Source: Octopus vulgaris (Eukaryota). Taken from it: a stretch of DNA of 64,000 nt. The stretch is from contig OX597818.1 in NCBI GenBank assembly GCA_951406725.2, forward strand, positions 3,906,001 through 3,970,000, written 5' to 3'. Under the pieces are notes generated by a model. That model was not told the DNA's origin. It ran no database searches and saw nothing but the letters and a program-made list of their open reading frames with translations. Shown here in pieces: positions 37,880 to 49,934 of the stretch. A program made the translations under genes and the position numbers. Position 1 is the stretch's first letter. Every line of letters starts with the position of its first letter.

Positions 37880-40800
37880 TTCCATCTTAAAGTCATAATT
37901 TAGCAGGATTGTACCCCAGCGCAGCAATTGGTTGGCTGTATATGTGGGGATACTCTTTCACGATCCATAAATTGACAACAATGGGCAGTGATCTGTTTGC
38001 AGACTAAATTTCCTTCCATGTATAAATTTGTGAAATTTTTTCACTGCAAAAATAATGGCTAATGCCTTCTTAATTTGGCTGTAGTTTTTCAGCTGCCATC
38101 AATGAACATGAAGCATGAGCGATGGGTTTTACACTACTTTCATACTTGTGTAAAATTATCGCTTCTATACCACTTTCTCTGGCATCTGATGCTACTACTA
38201 TTGTTAAATTTGGATCAAAGTGCGTTAATGACATTTCCGATGTTAACACATTTTTGTTTCTTCAAGCGCTTTTTGGCACCTGTCCAACCAATACCATTTA
38301 ACGTCTTTTTTCAATAGGTTATTTAGGGGTGCTCTTAGCTCATGCATTTTCAGTATATATGTTTGGTAATAGTTTGCAAGCCCCAATAATGCTTGTAATG
38401 TAATATTTTTCAGGGTAGGCATATTTTTTATTGCAGTTGATCTTGAAGGATCTGGCCTGTGACCATTTTTATCGATAACTTGCACTAGATACTTTATTTC
38501 TGGCATGAAAAATTTGCATTTTCCCTCGCTAACTTTAAATCCATACTCCTTTATTCTTGCAAAGACATTTTTAACATGTTCCTCATGCTGGCCTCGAAAC
38601 TCACTTTTTATGGGTATGTCATCCAAGTAAGCTATAGCGAAATCCGTATCTACAAGCATAGTGTCCAGCACGTGTTGGAAAATACTAGGTGCAACCTTTA
38701 TCCCAAAAAGAAGTTGATTGAATTTATATAAACCTTTATGGGTGTTTATTGTTAAGAATTTTGAACATTCCTCCTCGACTTGTAAATGTAAATATGCCTC
38801 CAACAAATCCAACTTTGAAAAAAAATTTTCCTCCACTGAGTTTTGCAAAAATTTCCTCTGGACCTGGTAATGGGTAATTGTATGTCAACTCAACAAACAT
38901 TCGTTCAAGCCTGTTGAAAAGTCAGTACATACTCGTATTTTCTTTTCTTTGCATCAACAGTTGGTGATGCGCATTCTAAATAATCAAATTTTTCTATAAC
39001 TCCAAGCTTTTCAAGTCTATCCAATTCCTCGTTGACTTGATTCAGTGCCATGAAAGGTACAGCTTGCTTTGGCTTAAATACCGGCACAGTGTTTTCTTTC
39101 ATTTGAAATTTTATTTTTGTCTTGGTGCACCTACCTAATTATTCAGAAAAAACATCAGGAAAAATCTTTTCCAATTTCTTTTTTAAATCCTCCAATGCCT
39201 TATTTGAACTAGCATTAAGAACCGTTTACATTATAGCAAAAAATATTTATGGGGAGGTCCCCTAAATTAAATAGTTCCATCTAGTCTGTGCCAAATAGGT
39301 TTGTCATATTTTTTAATACAAAAACTTTGGCTTTCAAAGTTTTTCCATAATATGTCACCTCACTTATCATTTCGTCCAAAAATTGCAATTGTTTCCCTGA
39401 AATACCACACGTGATTTAAAAAAATTTTTTCAATGTAGGCTTTCCAATTTTTCTCCATGTATCATCATTAATTATCATGATATCACTACCTGTGTCCAAC
39501 TGTAGTCTCATATTCACATTATTTATTTTTATGGAGATGAATATTCTTTTTTTTTCTGCCTCATTTTGCATTTGTGTTGACAATACTTTTTCCGTCAAAT
39601 TTTTTCGTTCGACCTTTTTTATTTCACCCAATAATGTGAATTCTTATGTCTGATTTTTCCACATCCAAAACATTTAAAATTTTTAAAAGGACAGTTTCTT
39701 TTAAAATGTATTTCTCCACACCCAAAGCATGGTTTGGGTTTTGACTATTGTTTTTTTCTTTTTTCTTATCTGTTACAGGTTGACACATATATATATTTGA
39801 ATAATCTTTTCCAATTTTTTCTGCATCCTGTTATAAATTTATAATGCTTTGGCATTCTTCAGCTACTGTAGAGTTAGTTTCAAATTGGCTATACTAAATT
39901 CTGCTTTTTCCTGTGCTCATGTAATTTCAGAGCAAGAGCTGAACATTATGTATGCAAGGATTGGGCGATCCAAGATGAAATTGAGTAAGGTAAACACAAC
40001 ATCATACACAAACCACTTGTGAAAAGTGGTAGAATTTTTTTACCACTTTTGCATATCAAACTTGGTTTGTTTAAGCAATTTGTGAAAGCCTTGGACGAGG
40101 AATCCTCCGCATTTGAATATCTTGCAGAAAAGTTCCCTTCCCTAAGTCAAGCTAAAATTAAAGAAGGTTTCTTCGTAGGTCCCCAAATTCAAAAAATTAT
40201 ACTTGATGAAACCTTCATCACACATCTCAAGAGAAAAGAGAAACTTGCATTTGAGTCATTCAAGAAAGTTTGTGATAACTTCCTGGGCAACCATCGTTCA
40301 GAAGACTATGTGCAAACTGTGAATGATCTGCTGAGTCATTACCATGATATGGGATGTAACATGTCTCTAAAAGTTCATGTGCTTCACTCTCATTTGGATT
40401 TTTTGCGGAAAATCTTGGTGATGTGAGTGATGAACATGGCGAAAGGTTCTATCAGGATATTTCAGTGATGGAGTGACGATTCAAAAGAAAATGGGACCCT
40501 GGCATGTTGGCAGACTACTGCTGGGGTATAAAAAACAGAAAACCACACCCCGCACAAGAGGCTTAGAGGGACAAAAGTTGTTTAAACTGACAGGTGTGTT
40601 TTTAATTCATAACCAATATATGTTTTGTTATACCAACTAAATTTTTGTTTTGTTTTTTGTAACTTTCAGTATTTGCAATAATGTGTTCAATACGCAATAT
40701 TATACAGTATATTATAAAACATATGGTTCATGGTACAGGAAAACGGTACCTAATCTAGAGAAATAAAGGTCAGAATCAGAATCAGGAGAATTTTTTGACC

Positions 40801-41726
40801 CAGAAACAAGTCTTACTTAACTTGTACTTTTTTTGAACCTGAAATTTGTTGCACAGTGTAATCCTTGTACAAAGATTAGACATTTGAACATGTCCAGGAT
40901 TAATCTGTTTAGTTTAAATTTTTCACATTCTCTGTTAACGATTCCGGCATATGTGACAAAATCTTCAGTTTATTATTTTTTTTTTTTAAATTCAAGCACT
41001 CCCAGCAAATATTAAATAGTGAACTTCTTTCACTGAATATCTTAGATAACAGGTTGTTTCCTTGAAACAAATTTCGGATGGTTTTCTCGGCAGGATGTAA
41101 TTACAGTACTTTTCCTGTTCTGCAGGTGACAATTTCCTTAAAAGAAGTCATACCTTCTTTTCGTCTGCTAGTTTCTACATTCTTCTTTGAAGATTCCTTC
41201 ATACCTTCTGAAGTATGCTGAAAACATAATCCCTTCTGGATTATAAGTAAATTCTTCAGTTGAATTAGCAACCCCATCTGCCGAAAACAAACCTGAAGTG
41301 TTTTGGACTGCAACAATAATTCCAACAACTGTTGATTTTGCTGTTGCTGTTCCTGTTGCACCAGTTGTTGCTGTCTGTTGTTCTTGTTGTTGTAGTTTCC
41401 GTTACTGCTGTTGCTATTGTTGTTGTTGTTGTAGTTGCTGTTGCAATTGTACCACGGAAGCTAATAGTTCATCCATGCTAAGAACATTCACAGTGAGCTT
41501 CGAATTTCTCGTCGCGACTCTTATATCTTTGCGGCGTTTGGATATAACACTACAAAATCTAAATCAGTAACAAACATATCTTTTCTCAATGATTTCTATG
41601 ACTGTCTTCACAAATGCAATTGCAAATACCACACTGTATGTCACACTGTCAGTATGCATACGCCTTTATAAAGTTTAGGACAGTTCACTTGTACAGACAC
41701 TGGAGTGTCAGGATTTCACCACAACA
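37880..41726 (-). mobile_element. Ty3/Gypsy LTR retrotransposon remnant (Mag/K02A2.6-like): putative 5' LTR, gag with poly-Q and two CCHC knuckles, protease, RT, RNase H
   Basis: LDTGSDIM; FSKLDLLEAYL..INTHKGLYKFNQLLFGIKVAPSIFQ..YLDDI; CFGCGEIHFKRNC; PBS-like tcgcgacgag near 41507-41516; TG-starting ~210-bp LTR at 41726-41519. Confidence 0.88.
39891..40858 (+). mobile_element. 5'-truncated Chapaev3-like (CMC) DNA transposon inserted in the gypsy gag
   Basis: LPLLHIKLGLFKQFVKAL..KFPSLSQAKIKEGFFVGPQI..FLGNH..GCNMSLKVHVLHSHLDF, then SDEHGERF.QDI after a frameshift; 3' end tttgttgcacagtg followed by TAA. Confidence 0.75.
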
Positions 41727-41729
41727 GTG

Positions 41730-42165
41730 ACATTGGATCGCGTCAAGCTCTGCTGTTAGTTTGACACTATGTGGCAACTAGAGCTGAAAGCAGTAGTCCA
41801 GGCAGCTGATAACAAAGGTCATCCACAGGGTCAATATAGCTTCTTGGTCTCTTGTCTTGAAGGACCTTAGTATCTATCCTGCCTGTTGAAAGTACTCTGC
41901 TACTATCTTGGTAAGGTGCATATGAAATGATGCATCATTGCACATACTGATCCCCAAGTCTCTCACTGCCTGTGACTCTGAGATTGCAGTGTCTTTGGGT
42001 CCTGTATATGCAGGCTGCAGTGCATTTGTGAGCTGACAGCACATTGCTTGAAATTTTCCAACATTAAGTTGCATGTTGTTTACTTCAGCCCACTTTTATA
42101 TTTCATTCACATCCTGCTGTAAGCTTTCGATGTCATCTGGATTTTTTATTGCCTGTGTTAATTTA
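41730..42165 (-). mobile_element. CR1/L2-like LINE RT fragment
   Basis: LQQDVNEI*KWAEVNNMQLNVGKFQAM...VRDLGISMCNDASF. Confidence 0.65.
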
Positions 42166-43110
42166 CTAGTTATGCCAATGATACAAAAGCAGTACAGAAA
42201 GACCTAGATGCCATATATAAATGGCTGAAGAAAACATCATGCAATTTAATGCAGGTCAATTCCAAGCCATCAACTACCAGCTAACTGGTACTCACAAGCT
42301 GCAATGATACTTTAGACCAAAATGAGCAGCAATCCTAGAGTACATACAGTGTGTGACCTGGGGATTGATATGAGCAAAGATGCCTTATTTCACAAATCAC
42401 GAAGACAGTAGAAATGTGCAGGTCAATGGCCAGATGGATTCTGAGAACCTTCAAAATAAGGGACCAAGAAACTATGCTGGTTGTATGGAGGACATTTGTC
42501 CTCAGCTGTCTGGTGTACTGCTCTCAACTGTAGTCACCCTACAGTGTCAGATTAATAGCAGAATTTGAAGCAGTTCAGCAGTGCTACACCAGGAAGATTG
42601 CATCAATGGAACAGCTGAGCTACTGGGAGAGACTGAAAGAGCTACAACTCTACTCTTTGGAATGAAGATGAGAGAGGTATGCAGTGATATGTGTATGGAA
42701 GATCCTGGAGGGACTGACACCAAACATTGGTATCAAGAGCTATACCAACCCCCAAACTGGACATCACTGCACAGTTCCGAAAGTCTCAGCTATCCCATGT
42801 AGAGTGAAGACCATATACTACAACAGCTTGAAGACCATATACAACAGCTTGGGCCCACAGCTATTTAATGCCTTGCCTAAACATCTGAGTGATCTTCATG
42901 GAGTAGGGATAAATGCTTTCAAGAAACAACTTGACCGCCTGCTATCCAAGGTCCAAGATGAACCAAGGCAGGAAACTCAAAAGAGGGCAACAGTGTTCAA
43001 CTCCTTCCTTCACCAAAAGCCAATCACATAACATTGGCCACTGAAAAGGTGATTACACTGCTGATGCACCAGCATGGCCACAGCCTTAGAGCTGAAAAGA
43101 ATAAAAGAAC
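42166..43110 (+). mobile_element. CR1/L2-like LINE 3' part with tail
   Basis: SYANDTK, DLGIDMSKD, SYWERLKELQLYSL, VWKILEG, GPQLFNALP..FKKQLDRLL; tail ccagcatggccacagcc..gctgaaaagaataaaaga. Confidence 0.8.
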
Positions 43111-43134
43111 ATATACATACATAGAATATATGTA

Positions 43135-43208
<74 letters not shown>

Positions 43209-43214
43209 TGCGCA

Positions 43215-44454
43215 CAGTGGCCTACGATAAGTTTTTAACCACCTTAATTTTTTGAGAGGTCATGATTTGTAACAGGTTTCTTAGATTTTATATTGTATTT
43301 TCTCTCATCTTTTGCAGAGTAATAGATTTTTCAAATGATATTTCACAATGAGAGTGAAAGGAAGCGCACAAATTAGCAAGTCCAAATGAGGGCAAATCAT
43401 AGGATGGCATCAGTGCAGAAAGTCAAACAGAGAAATAAAGTTTTTTAAGGTAAATTATCAGACTGAATAATATTGTCAAAAGGTTTCAAGAAGGACAATG
43501 TCATATGAAACCTCATTCTGGAAGGCTGACTATTGTTTCAGATAGAGAAAAGAGGGCACTGAAGAGGGAAACCGCCAGAAACTGCCATCTTAGCATTAGA
43601 GAGGTCACAACCAACATGGAAATGTTGTCTACTCTGTAAGAAAAGTCCTAAAAGAACTAGCATATGAAAGAAGAATTGCAAGAAAGAAACCATTGATTTC
43701 AGATACCAACAAGGGGAAAAGGTGTGACTGGGCTTGGGAGCATGAGGACAAGGAAGCTGAATTTTGAAAGTCTGTGGTGTGGCCAGATGAAAGTAAGTTT
43801 TGCCAATATTCGAATTCAAGGCAAGTCTATGTATGGAGAGACAAAACTGAAGCTTGGAAGGCTGAATGTTTGTAACATACCATGAAATATGGCAGGATTG
43901 GAGTCATGGTTTGTGGGGCTGTCTGGGCAGAAAGGAAATCTGATTAATTTCCATGGAAAACCTGTTGGATGGACCAAAATACTATATTAGGAAAGGGACT
44001 ACTTCCAATTTACAACACTGGTAAAATGGATAAGAACACCTCTTTTTCAAGAAGATGGAGCACCATATCATACAAGCAAAGTTTCAAATGCCTGGAGAGA
44101 AATGCATGGCATCAAGTCCCTCAGTGGATACCTCAAAGCCCCAACTTGAACCCAATTGAGCATGTCTGGGAGTACCTTGACAGAGAAATTCGAGCTAATT
44201 CTGTCAAAGTTACGTCTGTGGCAGCCCTTAAAAGCACTCTCTTGGAAACAGGGAATAACATGGATCAAACTATTGTCACTAACTTAGTCAAAATGATAAA
44301 AGACCCTGTAAAAGCTGTGAAACTTGTGAAAGGAGGTTCTACCAAATAATAGTGCAAATTTTCAGACAATTCTGTAGGGTGTTTCTTGAGTTATTAAACT
44401 TTGAATATGATTACTGTTTTACTCCTTCAGTTAAAAATTAATTATAGGCCAGTG
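43215..44454 (+). mobile_element. Tc1-like (DD34E) transposon, decayed
   Basis: Imperfect TIRs cagtggccta..aagtttttaa / ttaaaaatt..taggccagtg followed by TA; FQEDGAPYH, WIPQSPNLNPIEHVWEYL, KGGSTK. Confidence 0.88.
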
Positions 44455-44461
44455 TATATAC

Positions 44462-45286
44462 AAGCATGGTTATGTGGTAAGAAGCTTGCTTCTCAATCAC
44501 ATGGTTCCGGATTCAGTCCTACTGCATGGTACCTTCAGGCAAGTGTCTTCTACAATAGCCTCAAGCCAACTGCCTTGTGAGTGGATTTGGTAGATGGAAA
44601 TTGACAGAAGCCTATCATACACACACATATATATACAGTCAATTTGAGGATGTCAGGTCCTCATTAGGGATTAAATAATTCAAAAATGGCATCTACCATT
44701 TCTTTTAGAGCTTTATAATTTATTTGTTTTGTTTCTATAAAAAAATCTTTCAACCTTACTATATCATATAAATATATTATTTATACATTCATAATTCTCC
44801 ATTTTCTTTCTTTCATTATATACCCCACCATCCCTATACATCCCATCCCTTAGGCCTCAACCCTTGTTTCCCCTACATCCCAACACCACCACACCATATC
44901 ACACCACCCCGCACACACTAGCACTGACCACTTCCCAACACCCACACCAGCGCACACATTAGCACTGACCACTTCCCAGCACCTACACCATCACCCACAC
45001 ACTCTCACATACATGCACGTGCACCTTCATTTTGGGATCACCACTACTTTATTATATCCCCTTCTTCCTAACTCTCCTGTGTAACCCTTCTGTCCAGCAT
45101 TTGCCATGATAGATCGCTAGCCACTAAGCCTTTTTCTATTTTCTCTTCCTGTTTATTTCTGTGTTCCTGTCTGTCGAAGAGCGTAAGCTCGAAACATAAA
45201 AGACTTTCTCACTTCCTGAGCGTTAAACTAACACATCTGTTTGTTGTTTACACACCCATTTTCCTCTTTTGTTTTTTTGTAAATTC

Positions 45287-45353
<67 letters not shown>

Positions 45354-45600
45354 GTATGTATCTATATGTGCATGTCTTTGTGTCTGTGTTTGTTCTCCAT
45401 CAGTGCTTGATAACTGATGTTGGTGTGTTTACTACATTCCCATTACTTAGTGGTTCAGCAAAAGAGACTGATAAAATATGTACTAGGCTTAAAAAAACGA
45501 TAAGTCCTAGGTTGATTTGTTTAACTAAAACAATTCGAGGTAATGCTCCAGCATGGCCACAGTCAAATGACGAGTGAAACAAGTAAAAAAGGATAAAAGG
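44462..45600 (+). mobile_element. tRNA-derived SINE (head 44462-44615, body/tail 45370-45600) interrupted by a Penelope-like fragment (~44640-45291) and (TA)n
   Basis: A-box-like tggttatgtggt and B-box-like gattcagtcct; the two halves are contiguous in the copies at 12085-12450 and 13410-13775. Confidence 0.72.
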
Positions 45601-45621
45601 ATGCATGTATACATCTATGTA

Positions 45622-46432
45622 CCCACAGTTTCATCTTCCATGCTGTACGTTAGAGAAAACTTAAGATCCCTATGTTCAATCCAATTCTTCCTAATTCTAT
45701 CTTCTCCCACTCTTTCACGCTCATTTATTATTGTTATTCATTCATCTAATTTTGTCAAAGTTTGTCTGACCGAATACTGTTGGTTATAGCTCTATTTAAG
45801 AATGCAAATGTCCAATTCTATCTCGTTATTGTTATTCCTCCATACCAGCAGCCAGAGTGTTTGCTGTTTTGTGGTGTTATTCACCTAGTGGTTTGTATGA
45901 TGGCAAATTAAATCTAATCGTTCAGTTACGTTACTCTAAATCCCCAAAATTTCATCTCGTGTTTTGTCTTCAGCCAGCCAAATCTGGTCTCTCTCTCTCT
46001 CTCACACTCAGTTCCGTTAGCTCTATTCAGATTCCCCTACCTTATAATCTAATATCTTGCCACACAAAGTAGAAGTCAAAGAAGATGTTCAGATAAGCGA
46101 CTTTTGTTTCCAACCAAGCACACATCTAAGAACCTCTTTTAAAGCACAAATTATAATTACTTTATTATTTCATTATCTATCTATATCCCCACAATTTCGT
46201 CTTCCATGCCATATGTTAGAGAAAACTTAAGATCCCTATTCTTCCTCTTTCTCCCTCTCTTTCACACTCATTTATTATTGTTATTCATTCATTTATCTAA
46301 TTTTGTCACAGTTTGGTTGACCGAATACTGTTGGTTATAGCTCTAGTTAAGAATGCAAATGTCCAGTTCTATCTCATTATTGTTATTATTATTTCTTCAC
46401 ACCATCAGCCAGAGTGTTTGCTAGTTTGTGGT
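45622..46432 (+). repeat. About 1.4 copies of a ~566-bp unit directly upstream of an RTE endonuclease
   Basis: cccaca.tttc.tcttccatgc...gttagagaaaacttaagatccctat at 45622 and 46188; both copies run to cagccagagtgtttgct..tttgtggtg. Confidence 0.85.
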
Positions 46433-47935
46433 GAGCCTGCCCATCCCGCCCTCCCCCACCTATACTGGATGTCTTTATCCTCTGACCTCTATGGGATGTC
46501 TTTCCCCTGAACACCTCCAATGACTTAAATGCTACCCCATCTCTACTTAGTGTTTATCTCAAATGGAGTGTAGTGATTATGTAGCACATGAAATGATGGT
46601 GTAGTGCATGCAGGTTGAAGGCTATTCTATGTTTATGAGTTCTACCAAATCCGAGCTTTCATTTCAGATACATGCTGCTGCTGTCTCTCATCCCAGGATC
46701 TCGTAGGCCCATGCTTTCCACACCTTCAGAGTTGGCACATTGAAAGGTAGGTCTGGTGAGATTGTTGAGACACTTGAATGGAGATGTGTAGATTTGTGCT
46801 GCATCCAAGAAGTAAGGTAGAGAAGGCATTCTGCTAGGTTCCTCACAGGCAAAGAACATAGGTATAAGATTTTCTGGGTAGGGAACACTGATGGGGTGGG
46901 AGGCATGGGTATACTTCTTGTGAAGAAATGGATTGATATGGTAATCGAGGTAGTCAGAGTCTGTGATAGAATACTTAAGCTTAGATTAGTGATGCAACAT
47001 GGATTAGCAACCATTATCTCAGCTTATGCCCCTCATCCAGGGCTATCTGATGAACAGAAAGACCGATTTTATGATACCCTCTTGCAGACTACCTCATCAA
47101 TGAATGACAGGGACCTTCTCATTGTGGATGGCAACTTCAATGGGCATGTTGGACAATAAGCAGGGAGCTCCCACGGTGTACATGGTGGCTATATATTTGG
47201 TTCCCGCAATGCAGAGGGAACCAGGCTGCTGGAGTTCTGTGATGCAAATGATCTTATGGTCTGTAATACTAACTTCAGGAAACCTGCCAGTCACCTGTTC
47301 ACCAACCAGGCTGGTGGACACATTAGTCAGATTCACTACATTCTCACCAGGAAACAGGAAAGATGGCTACTTATAAATGCCAAAACCTTCTCAGGTGAAG
47401 AATGCACCCCACAACATAGGTTAGTAGTCAGTGACTTGAGAATCAGGGCTAAATGGATGCCCAGAAGATGACCAGCATGGAAAAGAAGGGTCTGGGAGCT
47501 TAAGGATCCTCTGAATGGACAGACATTTAGAGACATATTACTCAAAACTTTTCACAAAAAAGGAGGATATAGCATCATATAATGTGGAAGACAACTGGCG
47601 GTTCCTATGTGACAACCTGTTGAGGGCTAATGACCAGATCTGTGGATGGTGCAAAGTCCCCTCCCAACCTAAGGTAAATGTGGTGGTGGAACAATATAGT
47701 TGACAAGGCCATTAGGGAAAAGAAACAGGCATGGAAGGACTGGAAGAATGGTGATAGCAGGGAACTGTATCATATCATCAGAAGGGAAGCTAGGAGATAT
47801 GTTTACATAGCTAGAGGAGAAGCAAATAAGAAAAAAATTGCCAATGTTCTGCATCATGAGGACCAAAGATTTAAAGTGTTTTGTGTTGCAAGACAGTGTG
47901 TCAGAGAGAATCATAATGTCATAGGAGAGAAATAT
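46433..47935 (+). mobile_element. RTE-clade LINE 5' half (5' UTR, endonuclease, linker), decayed
   Basis: FRVGTLKGRSGEIVE..VDLCCIQEVR, ISAYAPH, GNFNGHVG, CNTNFRKP, WWWNNIVDKAIREKK. Confidence 0.9.
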
Positions 47936-49008
47936 GTAGACAAGACAAGTATAAGAATTGGATCAGAGTTAGAATTGGAGTTTGTGGTGGAAGTTGGTGT
48001 GCATCAGGGATCTGTGTTGTCACCATTGTTGTTTGCAACAGAGGTTGATGTGGTGATGGAGAGTGCAAGAAGGGATTGATAATGGAGATACTGTATGTGG
48101 ATGACCTTGTTCTGATGAGTGAGATGATGGAGGGATTGAGGGAGAAGTTTTGGAAATGGAAGTAAGGGTTTGAAGGTAAACCTCAGGAAGACAAAGGTGA
48201 TAGTGAGCGAATGGAAGAAGTGTTAGTGTGTAAGGTGGATCCATGTGGTGTATGTTGGAGGAGTGTAATGGCAAATATGGTGTTGCGTATGAGATGTGAG
48301 AAATGGATTCATGGTAGATGTGCGAAAATGAAGAAGGTGACCCCCAGACTGGTGAGAGAGTTTGTTTCTGGAAGATGTAAGAAAGGAGCTGGAGGGCTGG
48401 TGGAACCAATGGAAACACTATGTGATGAGGTGGAAATAGTGAGAGGGTTTTGTTATTTGGGAGATAGAGTGGATATAAGTGGTGGATGTGAAGCAGCTGT
48501 GACAGCAAGAGTGAGATGTGGCTGGGTGAAGTTCAGGAAGGGTCTATAAGAGTTGTGTGAGAGCTGTTGCAATGTTGTATGGGAATGAGACATGGTATCT
48601 GAAGGAGAGAGAGATGGTAATTTTGAGGACTAAGAGAGCAATGGTGAGAGAAATGTGTGGGGTGAAGCTGTTTGATAAGAGGAGGACTGAGGATTTGATG
48701 GAAATGCTAGGGTTGAAGGAATCAGTAGAATGGTTGGCAAGGTCAAATGGAGAGAGGTGGTATGGGCATATGTTGAGGAGGGATGAAGAGCATGTTCTGA
48801 GGAGGGTGATTGTGTTTGAGGAAAATTGAGCACAAAAGCAAGGTAGACTGAGGAAAAGGTGGAGGAGGAGATTGGGAGGGTTGGTTTGAAAAAAGGAGGA
48901 TGCCCAAAACCTGACGAGATGGTATGAGGGCGGTTGCTATGACATCAAGGTAGATCTGGTCACTCCCGTTAATGGGGACAAAACTTGGATTTAAAACACT
49001 GGATGATG
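47936..49008 (+). mobile_element. 3' half of a different RTE family (RT C-terminal part with decayed PHD, distinct short 3' UTR)
   Basis: GVHQGSVLSPLLF, ILYVDDL, CGVCWRSV..RCEKWIHGRC..GRC, FCYLG, RWYGHMLR; ends cactggatgatga. Confidence 0.85.
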
Positions 49009-49934
49009 AATATATTATACATTATTCACACATGGCAGTATGTGAATAATATTAAGATCAACTTTTAATCACTTGCAGCCAATTTGATGCTTTACCACTA
49101 ATTCAATTTTAGCTCAATCTTAATTCGGTATTTTGCACTATGATGAACTAATGGTAAGCTATATTTTGACATAAAATAATTGAAATTTGGTTCAGCAGAA
49201 AAAAAGTTATGATAAAATATGTAGGGCTCAAAATGGGAGAGTAATGCCCGATAGTTACTTTGACTCATAATTTCTCAGTTATTTAAAAGAAAACTATACC
49301 CTAATTATAACCTTATAAAAGAACTCAATAAGTAGAATCTTTTGGTGAAGACCTCACTAAAAGACATGAGATGGAAAAAAAGTTATGCAGTTCTAAGTAG
49401 CCAAAAATTGGTAAGTAACGCCTAAAACTGATCTTGACTCAAAATATCTCAGGTATTTCAAAAGTAAACTATACTTTCATTATATTTTTTTAAAAGTACT
49501 TGATGAGTAGATTCTTCTGGTGAAAACCCTGTTAAAAGATATTAGATAGAAAAAAGTTATCCAGCTTTAAGTTATGAAAATAATGATAATTTGTTGTTTC
49601 CAACTTTTACTCACCAATTTAACACTTTACCACTAATTCAGTTTTAGCTCAATCTTAATTTGGTGTTTTGCACTTTGTTGGGCCAAAGGTAAGCTACATT
49701 TTGACATAAAATAATCGAAATTTGGTTCAGTAGAAAAAATGTTATGATAAAAAATGTAGAGCCAAAAATGGGAGAGTAATGCCTAATATTTACTTTGACT
49801 TGTAATTTCTCAGTTATTTAGCAGGAAAACTATACTTTAATTATGACTATTTAAAAGAACTCAATAAGTAGAATATTTTTTGGTGTAGGCCTTGTTAAAA
49901 GATATCAGCTAGAAAAAAAGTTATGCAGCTTTAA

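Noticed and set aside
41101-41480. Poly-glutamine host protein
   Set aside because: It is the N-terminus of the gypsy gag, directly downstream of the PBS-like site
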